A DNA stretch of 64,000 nucleotides, taken from NCBI GenBank assembly GCA_034780895.1, contig JAUZTB010000098.1:23080113-23144112 (forward strand), in the 5' to 3' direction. The DNA is from Rhynchobatus australiae (taxonomy: Eukaryota). Below are positions 13,935 to 25,750 of the stretch, one piece after another. Every line of letters starts with the position of its first letter. The stretch's first letter is position 1. The position numbers were made by a program, and so were the translations under genes. Below the pieces are notes generated by a model. The model did no database searches. It saw only the letters and a list, made by a program, of their open reading frames with translations, and was not told the DNA's origin.

Positions 13935-14159
13935 ATGCAGAGTGCTTCTCTGCATGATTTGTATGAATACATCCTTAAGATCAGCACAGAGAACTGTCGT
14001 GGGGAAGCCAAGGCCCCAGGTTGCCAGTGCATCCATAAAAGTACTTGTGTGTTTCAGCTGGCTGAAAATCCCTCTGTTGTTTGTAAGCTATTGCCATCCT
14101 GCTTTAAAAAACAAGTTGTTCCAACGCAGAAAAGTATTATTTGGCCTTGTTGGTCCAAG
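13935..14159 (+). CDS. Candidate alternative first coding exon (75 aa), or cassette exon 14058-14159, of PARD3
   Basis: Open frame from ggaATGc to a strong phase-0 donor AAG|GTGAGA, compatible with exon 44110. Lies in a repeat-free, CpG-richer island. No transcript evidence. Confidence 0.45.
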
Positions 14160-15282
14160 GTGAGATTTACCTTCCATATGAATTGTTGTCGTCACATTTA
14201 TCCATATTCTTTTTGTTTTCCTTCATCTTGTTGTCTTGTCTAACTTTGAATGCTGATAATGATTTTGCCTCTAGATAGGCAATCACATCCTTGCAGTGAA
14301 TGCTACAGCCTCAAACCTTTGTGTTTTTTAGGAAAAAGTCTATCCTGTCCTCTGCTCCAAATATTTTCTCTTCAATCCACTTGATTGGTTCTTTACCCCT
14401 TATTTACAGAATAAACTTGCTTGTGATTTTAAGCATAGCTCCCTACTTAGTTTTGTTCTTCTGACAAAGACTATTTCTCAATTTATCCTTGTACTTCTAC
14501 TTTCTTACTACTTCCAACAGACCAATCCCATTAACGCTGCAACATNNNNNNNNNNNNNNNNNNNNNNNNNNNNNNNNNNNNNNNNNNNNNNNNNNNNNNN
14601 NNNNNNNNNNNNNNNNNNNNNNNNNNNNNNNNNNNNNNNNNNNNNNNNNNNNNNNNNNNNNNNNNNNNNNNNNNNNNNNNNNNNNNNNNNNNNNNNNNNN
14701 NNNNNNNNNNNNNNNNNNNNNNNNNNNNNNNNNNNNNNNNNNNNNNNNNNNNNNNNNNNNNNNNNNNNNNNNNNNNNNNNNNNNNNNNNNNNNNNNNNNN
14801 NNNNNNNNNNNNNNNNNNNNNNNNNNNNNNNNNNNNNNNNNNNNNNNNNNNNNNNNNNNNNNNNNNNNNNNNNNNNNNNNNNNNNNNNNNNNNNNNNNNN
14901 NNNNNNNNNNNNNNNNNNNNNNNNNNNNNNNNNNNNNNNNNNNNNNNNNNNNNNNNNNNNNNNNNNNNNNNNNNNNNNNNNNNNNNNNNNNNNNNNNNNN
15001 NNNNNNNNNNNNNNNNNNNNNNNNNNNNNNNNNNNNNNNNNNNNNNNNNNNNNNNNNNNNNNNNNNNNNNNNNNNNNNNNNNNNNNNNNNNNNNNNNNNN
15101 NNNNNNNNNNNNNNNNNNNNNNNNNNNNNNNNNNNNNNNNNNNNNNNNNNNNNNNNNNNNNNNNNNNNNNNNNNNNNNNNNNNNNNNNNNNNNNNNNNNN
15201 NNNNNNNNNNNNNNNNNNNNNNNNNNNNNNNNNNNNNNNNNNNNNNNNNNNNNNNNNNNNNNNNNNNNNNNNNNNNNNNNNG

Positions 15283-15635
15283 GTTTGTTTTTCCTGTAGT
15301 GGAGGAAGCCGAGAGGTGACCTGATAGTGGTGTACAAAATTATGAGGAGAGGGAGAGACAGGGTAGATGCTATAAATCTTTTTCCCATGGTGAGGAGGTT
15401 TAGAGTGGATCTGAGGAGGAATGGCTGCGATGTGGAACACTCTGCCTGAGGAGATGGTGGAGGCTGGTACTCTCACAGCATTTAAGAAGCGTCTAGACAA
15501 GCACCTGAATTGCCAAGGCAGAGAAGGATAATGGACCAAATGTGGTTGCATCAGTTTTGTGTAGATGAGTACAATATGGTTGACATGGACATACTGGCCA
15601 AAGGGCCTGTTTCTGTGTTGTGTGACTCCATGACT
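15283..15635 (+). mobile_element. CR1/HER1 3' fragment
   Basis: gagaggtgacctgatagtggtgtacaaaattatg, and tail aagggcctgtttctgtgttgtgtgactccatga. Confidence 0.85.
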
Positions 15636-15892
15636 GTTATTCTCTCTCACTTGCCATCTGGTGCAATGGTTGAAATTCAGGAAAAATTTTCTACATTAAA
15701 ATAAGTAATTGAGTTACTGTTTCACCAGATAAGTGAAGAAACGTTAAATGTATTGACACATCACACATGCTTAGTTCTTGATCTTTTGATTGTAAAATTC
15801 TGTGAAAGACTGTTGTTTGATAAGATTGAAAGTGTGATTAACTGTTGTGATAATTTCTCATGTTTTCTTGAGGTGTATGTATAATCTTATAT

Positions 15893-16137
15893 TTGGCATT
15901 GGTATTGGTTTATTATTGTAATGTACCGAGGTACAGTGAAAAACTTGTCTTGCATATCGATTGTACAGGTCAGTTCATTATGCAGTGCAGTTACATTGTG
16001 TTAGTACAGAATGCATTGATGTAGTTCAGGTAAAAACAATAACAGTACAGAGTAAAGTGACACAGCTACAGAGAAAGTGCAGTGCAATAAGGTGCAAAGT
16101 CACAACAAGGTAGATCGTGAGGTCAGAGTCCATCTCA
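15893..16137 (-). mobile_element. Rex1/Babar LINE 3' UTR
   Basis: Reverse complement of 24910-25150. Confidence 0.85.
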
Positions 16138-16927
16138 NNNNNNNNNNNNNNNNNNNNNNNNNNNNNNNNNNNNNNNNNNNNNNNNNNNNNNNNNNNNNNN
16201 NNNNNNNNNNNNNNNNNNNNNNNNNNNNNNNNNNNNNCACCAATGCCCCAAGAAGTCATTGGTCTTCTTCTGTAGACTGGCTCCTTGGAAATCTTTCTCC
16301 CCCTCCCATGGCAGTAGAGTTCTCCTGCCCAGGAACTTGCAATGTGCCAGTCTCACCCCTTGGAGTTAGTGGTTGAAAGCTCAGCTGAAGTCTCATCTTT
16401 ACTCTGTGCCATTGAACCACCACCTTCTGGGGTATCTAAAAGCAGAAAGGCACAAGGGTAGGATTCTATTGAGGGGAGAGGGTGGGATGTGAGAGGTGCA
16501 GAGTTACATAATCTGCAGCATGTAAATCAGAAGAGATTGTAGGATAGAAGAGGATTCGGATTAGTTTTGAGCACACAGCTGTATTCATTGCTCTTTTCCT
16601 GCAACAGGCCACAGACTATCATATGCAGCCTCATTAACAGACTGAACTCTCTACTTTCTGAGGGATGGACCTGGGTGGCTCAGTCATTGTAGCCATGGAA
16701 CCCTCCCCTGCTAACTTACTGTTGCTGCACCTAAAATGTGAGTGCAAAGCAGAGTGTTGGTGAGTGTGTGAGTCTGCAAAGGTGTGGAGACCCAGACGAA
16801 GGTTGGAGCAAGTTTGCGATCAATAGAGATGGTTGGTGAGGGCGGATGTGGAGGGGGTGGTAGGGTGACGAAGGTGCATGGTGGAATGTGTAAAGCTAGT
16901 GCACCATTAGTGGCAGAGCAGATTTGA

Positions 16928-17262
16928 TTGGCATTGATATTGGTTTATTATTGTCACTTGTACCAAGGTACAGTGAAAAACTTGTCTTGCAAACCGATCG
17001 TACAGATCAATTCATTACATAATGTAGTTACGTAGGGTTAGTACAGGGTGCTTTGAGTAAGTACAGAGTGCATTGAGTTAGTACAGAGTGCATTGATGTA
17101 GTACAGGTAAAAACAATATCAGTACAGAGTAAAGTGTCAGAGCTACAGAGAAAGTGCAGTGCAATAAGGTGCAAAGTCACAACAAGGTAGATCGTGAGGT
17201 CAGAGTCCATCTCATTGTTCAATAGTCTTATCACAGTGGGGTAGAAACTGGCCTTAAGTCTG
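16928..17262 (-). mobile_element. Rex1/Babar LINE 3' end
   Basis: RLKASFYPTVIRLLN plus a 3' UTR matching 24840-25150. Confidence 0.88.
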
Positions 17263-17629
17263 ATGAGGCTCCAATCATTTTGATTCTTTTTCCCTGTTAA
17301 AACTTTTGGCATGCAGGTTGTCCAAAAATAATGAGTTCACAGATAAGCAAGATGATTTTCATTTAATTCAAGTGCCTCTGTCCCTCAGTGTCCTTGTAAG
17401 TTGATCCTCTGGTTTCTGGAGGACTGGCTTTTTTCTCCATTTAATTCCAGGTTCCTCCCCGTGACTATTTTATTCTAAGAGCCTCTCAAGTTCAATTTGA
17501 GTCGAACACCTTTACTCACAACTGCTTCATTCCAGCACTTTTCTTAACTTGGCAGTCTCTTCACCTTTTCAAAATCTTAAATAGAATGTAGATACAGACT
17601 GGAAACAGTTAAAAAGGTTACCCTTAAAC

Positions 17630-18170
17630 AGAGTCATAGAGATCTATAGCATGGAAACAGGCCCTTCATCCCAACTCATCCTTGTCGACCAAGATGCATT
17701 CCTGAGCTTGCCCTTTTTACCAGCATTGGGCCCATATCCCCCTCAACCTTTCCCATCCATGAACCTGTCCACATGTCTCTGAAATGTTGCAATTTTGCCT
17801 GACTCTACCACTTCCTCTGGCAGCTTGTTCCATATACCCACCAAACCTCTCGCCTCTAGTTTTAGACTCCACCACCCTGGGGAAAAGACTGTGACTATTC
17901 ACCTTATCTATGTCCCTTATGATTTCATAAACCTCTGGTCACCCCTCAGCCTCCTTCACTTCAGTGAAAATGGTCCTAGCCTATCCAGTCTCTTCTTATA
18001 ACTCAAGCCTTCTATTTCTGGTACCATCCTCGTCGATGTTTTCTGCACCCTCTCCAGCTTAATTGCATCCTTCCAGTAGACGGTATTCCAGGTGCTGTCT
18101 CACCAATGTCTTGTATAGATGTAGTGCACTGTGCCAATTCTTATACTCAGTGCTCTGTCCAATGAAAGCA
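17630..18170 (-). mobile_element. CR1/HER1 3' fragment
   Basis: NSHSLFPRVVESKTRG, and tail gggcctgtttccatgctatagatctctatgactc. Confidence 0.88.
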
Positions 18171-19227
18171 AATGGAAGGCTTGGGATGAACAAATGTAAC
18201 TTCATTTTATTATAAAGTTTTTAGAGAGCTTAATATAAAAGTTTGTCACAAACTAGAGACTGACTCAACTAAAATAATTACATGGACAATAATAGAAAGG
18301 TGGTTGACGTGCATCCTCCACATTCTGCAGGTGGCAACTGAAGTGATAACTGGCAGTTTTCCTGTTAAATTTTTTAGGACTTGCTGTCATGTCTTCAGAG
18401 CATTGATCAGTAGAACTGACTTATACCAACAGCATGTAAAAGCATCCTCACACTCCAGGTGGCATGTTGAATTCTGTTTGCCCACAGATGAGAAAACGTG
18501 GGGAAGATGTTTCACTTATCTGGTCAGCACATGCTTTTGCTTATTTTTAGTTAATATTTTCAAAACTGGCATCATAAGTAGTTGTTGATAATTCAGGTAA
18601 GACCTGTTTATCCAGTAAGTGATCAGTATGTGGACCTTGCTGCTGCATAGAGCAGTTGAAGTGAATAACATGTTGATGTATTAAATAGGTACATGATGGA
18701 AATAGAATGGCAGGATGGTTACCCAAAGTGTTTCAGAAAGAGCATCATATGGTGTAAAGATTGTTGGTCCAAATACACGTTTGTGTGTTGGAAATGATTT
18801 ATAATTCCCTTTGTCATTTAAATGTACTGTGGTATTTTTCTGAAGAAATGTACTCTTCTTGCTTACCAAAACCAAACTATCATTGTCACACTCCCTTCTC
18901 AGCACTCCTTGGTTCCTTCGAGAGCTGTTATCACCCTTCTGCAGAAAACTGATGACTTCTGAAATGGAGCTAAAGATGTGAAGAGTAGCTTGAAGAAAAA
19001 CTGCAAAAGCCAAAGGAAGATGATTAATAATTACGGTGCTTTCAAGATATCACAGATAATTAGAGATTATTTAATATACCGAGGCAGCTACTTTGAATGG
19101 CAGCAGATATACAGATACCTTGGGGGCTAGAAAGTATGTGGCTGATAATGGGACCTCAGGCAATAAAATGTATTTTGTGGATCTATAAAGGTGTTGAGGA
19201 GACAATTGCCTCAACAGTTTATTACAA

Positions 19228-19450
19228 ATAAAGCTTTTTAAAGCTTAAAAGCTTTTAAAGCCTTTAAAGCTTTTAAATAACTTGCTAACCCATACGTCTG
19301 TGGAATGTGGGAGGAAATTGGAGCACCCAGAGGAAACCTGTGCAGACATGAGGAGAACGTACAAACTCCTTACAGACAACAGTGGGAATTGAACCCTGAT
19401 CACTGGTGCTGCATAGTATCACGCTAACTGCTACACTACTGTGCCGCCCA
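19228..19450 (-). mobile_element. V-SINE, short form ending in (AAAGCTTTT)-like repeats
   Basis: Head gggcggcacagtagtgtagcagttagc on the minus strand, V domain, then simple repeat 19228-19277. Confidence 0.85.
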
Positions 19451-20734
19451 AATAAAGCTTGGGCAAGAGTATCAACACTTTATCGACAAAAGAAATTGGA
19501 ATATTATTTGAATATTTATTTGTGGACATGTACCTCATTTCAGTTTTGTTTTTACTTGTCCTCTGGCTGGTAAAAGGTAAAGTTGGTAGAAATTTAGAAG
19601 GTTGATCATGTCTTGGCAGCTGCAAAGGAGTTCCAGGCATACCTGTTATTAGGAAAAGGGATACATTAGATAATGAAGTGCCTTGTAGCTTGCTTGAAAT
19701 TTTTTTCATTCAATTCTTTCATGCACTATATTGTGGACACCCATCACCTGTGTCCTCACTAACTTGCATCATGAGAAAATTCTGATTCATTTGTTTAACT
19801 CTTACCATGGTCTCGCATCTTCCCATTTCAGTACTAAACTGTGCTTGAATTCTCTTTGCCTCTGACTTGGTCTTCCTGTATACCTACTATTCTTTGCCTC
19901 ACTGCACATTACCTTGCCTTCAGATTTGGAATTTTCATCACAGTTTCTTTCACCATCCATTTCCTTCGTTCTCCTTTTATTTATGATGACTTTGACCAAA
20001 TTTTCTGATCCTTGCAAACAACATCTCCTTTCTTCACTGTCATAAGGACCCTTTTGTTTTGTTTAAGGTACCATGACATAATTGTGTTGTGAAGTGGTAA
20101 CTGTAAGAATTTCCTGTTGAAGTGTATGTGAAGTGGTANNNNNNNNNNNNNNNNNNNNNNNNNNNNNNNNNNNNNNNNNNNNNNNNNNNNNNNNNNNNNN
20201 NNNNNNNNNNNNNNNNNNNNNNNNNNNNNNNNNNNNNNAAGTTTGTAAATGTAGAAAGAAAGACTTGGCCAGAGTAGTTGAGGCAATAATTTCGCAAGGT
20301 GGAGGCTGCTTTGCCCAAGACTGAGACCATCCATTGCAATACAAGTACTACTTGAGTAATCAAAGTAATATGCTGAATGCAATCAGTTTCTACAACTGAA
20401 GGATTTATGGAATTCTAGTAATGATTAGTTGTAAATCCTTCTCACCAAACACGTTGGTAACAATTGATTTTCAAATCACTTATTGTTTTTGTTTTGTGGC
20501 AGTCATTGTCCAGCCACTGATACAGTATTGTGCAATTAAGATTCAAGTATTGAATAGGTTGAATTAATTTTTAAAGGCAAATGAAACTTATGGATCCAAG
20601 GTCATATGATGAACTGTGTTGAATTTAATCATGTGCTGATTGGTTGTGAGTGCTGTGGATTATTTGACACAGTCAATGTCATTCTTTGTAGCATCTTTCT
20701 CAATTCATCAGGCAAAGCAGACCGTCAAAAATAG

Positions 20735-21110
20735 ATCCTGTTTGACCACCACTTATTCTCTCTTCTCCCCCCTCCCATTGGATAGAAGATAAAAAAAAAA
20801 GCCTGACAGCACGTACCACCAGGTTCAAGGACCACTTCTATCCCGCTGTTATAAGACTATTGAATGGTTTCCTAGTATGCTGAGATGGACTCTTGACCTC
20901 AAAATCTACCTCATTATGACCTTGCACTTTATTGTCTAACTGCACTACACTTTCTCTGTAACTGTAACACTTTATTCTACTCTCTATTGTTGTTTTACCT
21001 TGTACTACCTCAATGCACTGTAATAATGAATTGATCTGTGTGAACGGTATGCAAGACAAGTTTTTCACTATACCTTGGTACAAGTGATAATAATAAACCA
21101 ATTTACCAAT
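20735..21110 (+). mobile_element. Rex1/Babar LINE 3' end
   Basis: ARTTRFKDHFYPAVIRLLN plus UTR ending gtgataataataaaccaat. Confidence 0.88.
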
Positions 21111-21339
21111 TTAGTGGGCCACAATTCTACAGCTGCCTCCTGCCATTCTTTCCTGCCTTCTGCATTTTTTTCCCATGTGTGAGTTAAAAGGATGGATTTG
21201 GTCAGAGATGTATATCACCACCTTAATTCATCATCACACTCACTTAATGCTTGCTGGTTAGTGTGAGAAAGAATTCCAAAATCTTGTTGTTCTTACTTCC
21301 AGGTTCAGTCCTCATTCTTCAGAAAAAAACTCATTTTCC

Positions 21340-21610
21340 AAGATCTGCCCAGCATTTATTGTTCAACATTTCAGTGCCCATCAGAAGGTTGTGGTGAGCT
21401 GCCAGCTTGAACTTTTACTATCCTTGTGATGCTCTTGAGCAGGAATTCCAGGACCTAGACCCAGTAATACAAAAGGACAGGTCACATATATCCAAGTTAG
21501 CATGGTGTGTGTCTTGGAGTGGAATATGGTGCACCTGCAGCCTTTAACCAGAGTGGTGGAAGTTGCAATTTTGGGAGCTGCTGTTGGAGTAACCTTGGTA
21601 ACTGCAGTGC
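21340..21610 (-). mobile_element. Old LINE (CR1/L2 superfamily) 3' end
   Basis: Reverse complement of the family at 4400-4935. Confidence 0.5.
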
Positions 21611-23744
21611 AATTGTCCTGCTTTCATAATATATCATCCATTGCGTAGTTATGGTTGTTTAAATTTTAACTCAAAAGGTTTTGGTAATTATGAGCACAAA
21701 AACCAGGCTAAAACCCCAGTGTAGTCAATGAGTAAGAACTGTGCTGTCAAATGTTCCATCTTTTTGATGGAACATTACGGAGAGGACTTCTTCCCTGGTT
21801 CTAATTTATCCCATGACAATGGTAGAAGAGGAGTATTCTTTCTGGTGGTCTGGTCTTCAACAAACATAATAATAACAAGTAATTTGGTAACTTGCCTGAT
21901 ATTCTGTGTGTGAGACCTTAATGTGTGGAAAAAGAATTGCAACAATTTCAACGTTACAACAGTGAGTGCATTTCACAAATATTTAATTGTCTGAACTTCC
22001 TCATGGGCATCAGTAAAAGAGATCCAGACAATGAAATCTTATGTATTTTGGACAGATCTTCACTGGCTTGCTGCCTCTCCATGAACTGGACTTTATTTAA
22101 ACAGTTTGCTTCGTCCCACTGAGGCCTTGTAACAATCCCTTCCTCTGTCAGGCTTATTGGCTGTCAAAACTGTCACCATCGTTGAACGTTGGTGAATATT
22201 AGACAATCACAACATTTAACATCACTTGGGAATTGTTTAAAGAAAGTTAGAAAGTAATGTTTAATTGTTTTTAAATGTGGAAGTCAAATGTATGCATGTA
22301 CTCAGACAAAAAAAATTAAATCATTTAAACTTGTGTAACGAAATCAAAATAAGAACTCAACTTGCTTTTCTCCTGGCAACCAATTTCTTCCACTCATTTT
22401 AATTAGACAGGTGGACTTGTACCAGATCTAACCTGCCGCAGGCTGGGCAGGCTGAACTTCTGGTCTGAGGGCTGTGACGTCTGTGGTAATTAGCACCCAG
22501 TCCAGTCCACCTACACAGCACAGTTGTCTCAGGCTCTGCATTCTCCTGCCTTCATTAATTATATGGCCACTTAGGGCTTGTCTGTCAGCAGATTTGGGCT
22601 GATCTCATTGGAAGATCTGCCCCATTATGATGACTCAGTAACATAGCATGTGTACGAGTGACTTCACTTCAAGAAGTTTATATTTTAAGTGCAGGGCAAT
22701 AGAGAAGATCCAAGTAAATTGAAGAGACATGTCTATAAAAGGAAGTACCCTTGCACAGATTTCTTACCTTTGCATCATCTATTCAATTATAGATTAGTAT
22801 TGAATCTTGAGAAAAAGGACAAATGTAGGTCTTAATATTTGTCTCGGTGGCTTGAGCTGCTGTAGTTGNNNNNNNNNNNNNNNNNNNNNNNNNNNNNNNN
22901 NNNNNNNNNNNNNNNNNNNNNNNNNNNNNNNNNNNNNNNNNNNNNNNNNNNNNNNNNNNNNNNNNNNNTCTTGAGAAAAAGGACAAATGTAGGTCTTAAT
23001 AGTTGTCTCGGTGGCTTGAGCTGCTGTAGTTGCCCAGAGGATTACATATTATCTTATCAATTCTTATCAGACAGAAAGGCTAAGAATAGAAAATGTAATG
23101 AATTTTGCCAGCTCACAGCAAAGTTAATATCATTGTTAAATTGTATTTAACCCATGTTCAACCTTCATTGGATTAGATTTTTTTCCTTCAGTTTTCTCCC
23201 AAGTTTTTAATAAAAACTATTACAATTGAATGAGAAGTCATTTTATACGTGTTCCTCAACTGAGCATGTTTTTCTTTGAAAGTAATGTTCATGTGAAAGT
23301 GCAATAGCATGTCAACTCCTGGTTGCTTTCTTGTTTTAATAGCATGAGATTTATATTTGTTATTGAAGAATTTTCTTTGTCTGAGGTTGATAGATAAATT
23401 GATTTGACAAGCTTTTTCTTTGCTTATCATTTCAAGTGGTATGGGCCAAGGGTGCTCCTAGCTATTAAACCACTTTCAAAGATGTGTCATGATTCAAATT
23501 TGTCTTCAGCATTATTAGGCAGTCAAATAAAAGCAGAATATTCTGGAACTGCACAGCAGCTCAGGCAGCATCTGTGGAAAGGGAAACAGAAAACAAGTTA
23601 GCTGATGGGGTGGTTATGGTAGAAGGGGGTGGTTATGGTAGAAGGGGAAGGATGGATAGAGCAAAGGGAGCATCTCTGACAGTGTTGGGGCCAGGGTTAC
23701 CCTGCTGATAATATGCTGATGAAGCTGTTGATAGATTAATGAGG

Positions 23745-25152
23745 GTTCACATGCCATAACCGGCTACAAGGCGAAGTCGGGCTGCATAGCTAACAACAGC
23801 GCATCCTTTCCGGATGAACTTAATGCATTCTATGCGTGTTTTGAACAGAAGGGAAGTAGATTGTCACCATCCACCCTGACAGCCTCCAATGAAGCTGAAC
23901 CTGTGATCACAGTGGAGGACGTAAGATCAGTCTTCCGGAGAGTGAACACGAAGAAAGCACCTGGTCCGGATGGCGTCCCTGGTCATGTGCTCAGATCTTG
24001 TGCTGATCAGCTGGCAGAAATATTTGTGGACATATTTAACCTCTCCCTGCTTCAAGCTCAGGTTCCCACCTGTTTTAAGAAGACCACCATCATCCCGGCA
24101 CCGAAGAAAAGAAAGGTAACGTGCCTCAATTACTACTGACCACCATGAAGTGCTTTGAGAGGTTGGTCATGGCAAGCATCAACTCCAGCCTACCAGACAA
24201 CCTGGCCCCATTGCAATTCACCTATCGACAGAATAGGTCTACAGCAGATGTCATCTCCCTAGCCCTACACTCAGCTCTGGAGCATCTGGACAGTAAAGAC
24301 ACCAACGTTAGACTATCGTTTATTGACTACAGCTCTGCCTTCAATACAATAATCCTATGTAAGCTTGTCACCAAACTCTGAGACCTAGGACTCAACATCT
24401 CCCTCTGTAAATGGATCCTTGACTTTCTAACCAACAGAAAACAATCAGTGAGGATAGGCAGCAATACCTCCGGCAAGATTATTCTCAACACTGGTGCCCC
24501 ACAAGGCTGCGTCCTCAGCCCTCTACTCCCTATACACTCATGATTGTGTGGCCGGATTCTGCTCTAACTCCATCTACAAGTTTGTAGATGATACCACCGT
24601 TAAAAGTCATATCTCAAAACAGTGATGAGTTGGAGTTCAGGAAGGAGATAGAGAGCTTAGTGGAATGATGTCATGACAACAACCTTTCCCTCAATGTCAA
24701 CAAAACAAAAGAGCTGGTCATTGACTTCAGGAAAGGNNNNNNNNNNNNNNNNNNNNNNNNNNNNNNNNNNNNNNNNNNNNNNNNNNNNNNNNNNNNNNNN
24801 NNNNNNNNNNNNNNNNNNNNNNNNNNNNNNNNNNNNGGCACGTACCACCAGACTTAAGAACAGCTTCTACCCCCCTGTGATGAGACTATTGAATAGATCC
24901 CTTCTACAATGAGATGGACTATGACCTCATGATCTACCTTGTTGTGACCTTACACCTTATTGCACTGCACTTTCTCTATAGCTGTGACACTTTACTCTGT
25001 ACTGTTACTGTTTTTAACTGTACTACTTCAATGCACTCTGTACTGACTCAATGTAACTGCGCTGTGTAATGAATTGACCTGTACGATCAGTTTATAAGAC
25101 AAAGCTCTTCACTGTACCTCGGTACAAGTGACAATAATATACCAGAACCAAT
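23745..25152 (+). mobile_element. Rex1/Babar LINE, 5'-truncated, disrupted reverse transcriptase
   Basis: [31 protein letters not shown] and YKFVDDTTV RT motifs, with stops and frameshifts. Sits inside an older Penelope-derived repeat (about 23525-25300). Confidence 0.93.
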
Positions 25153-25415
25153 AGAAAGAAAATAAAGGGATATATAAAAGTAGTGAAATGTTGCTCAAAG
25201 CTCTGGGAAATGCCCACTATATCTGGCAGTTACTGTAGAGAGAGGGAGAGAAATTGAGTAAATATCACATGGATAATCTGCATCAGAAATGGCCAGTTCT
25301 GATACAAACAGAATGAGTTATCTGAATGAAAGCTGTGTGCATTGTCATTTGAACAAGTGATGGATTTTCTGTTGCTGCCATTTTTTAATCAACAAAGGGT
25401 AAAATCATGCACCCA

Positions 25416-25750
25416 TGAGTAAAGCTGCCTCCTCTTAGCTCCAGTGACCCAGGTTCAAATGGTGACTTCAGGTGATATTTGTGTTGAGTTTGCATGTTTT
25501 CCCTTGGACTATGCGAGTTTCTTCTATGTGCTCCCATTTCCTCCCACATCCGAAAGATGTGCAGATTGTTTGGTACTCAGCCTAGGTAAATTGCCCCTCA
25601 TATCCAGGTGAGTGTTAGAATATGGAAGAGGTCGATGAGAATGTTGGGAGAATAAAATGGGATTTGGATTGGATCAGTGTAACTGGATGCTTGCTGATTG
25701 GTGCACAAGGTGGACTGAAGGTCTTCTTTCTGTGCTCCATGGCTCTTGAG
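25416..25750 (+). mobile_element. Older V-SINE (HE1-like) with CR1-type tail
   Basis: B box ggttcaaat, gagtttgcatgtttt, ctcccacatccgaaagatgtgcag. Confidence 0.75.

Noticed and set aside
22805-23032. Direct repeats flanking 100-N gaps (also 6376-6528, 32379-32541, 47841-48025)
   Set aside because: Most likely unmerged overlapping contig ends or haplotypes around fixed-size placeholder gaps, not biological repeats or CRISPR-like arrays.
23745-25152. Active or domesticated reverse transcriptase gene
   Set aside because: Contains stops and frameshifts and is 5'-truncated; an ordinary dead Rex1/Babar copy.
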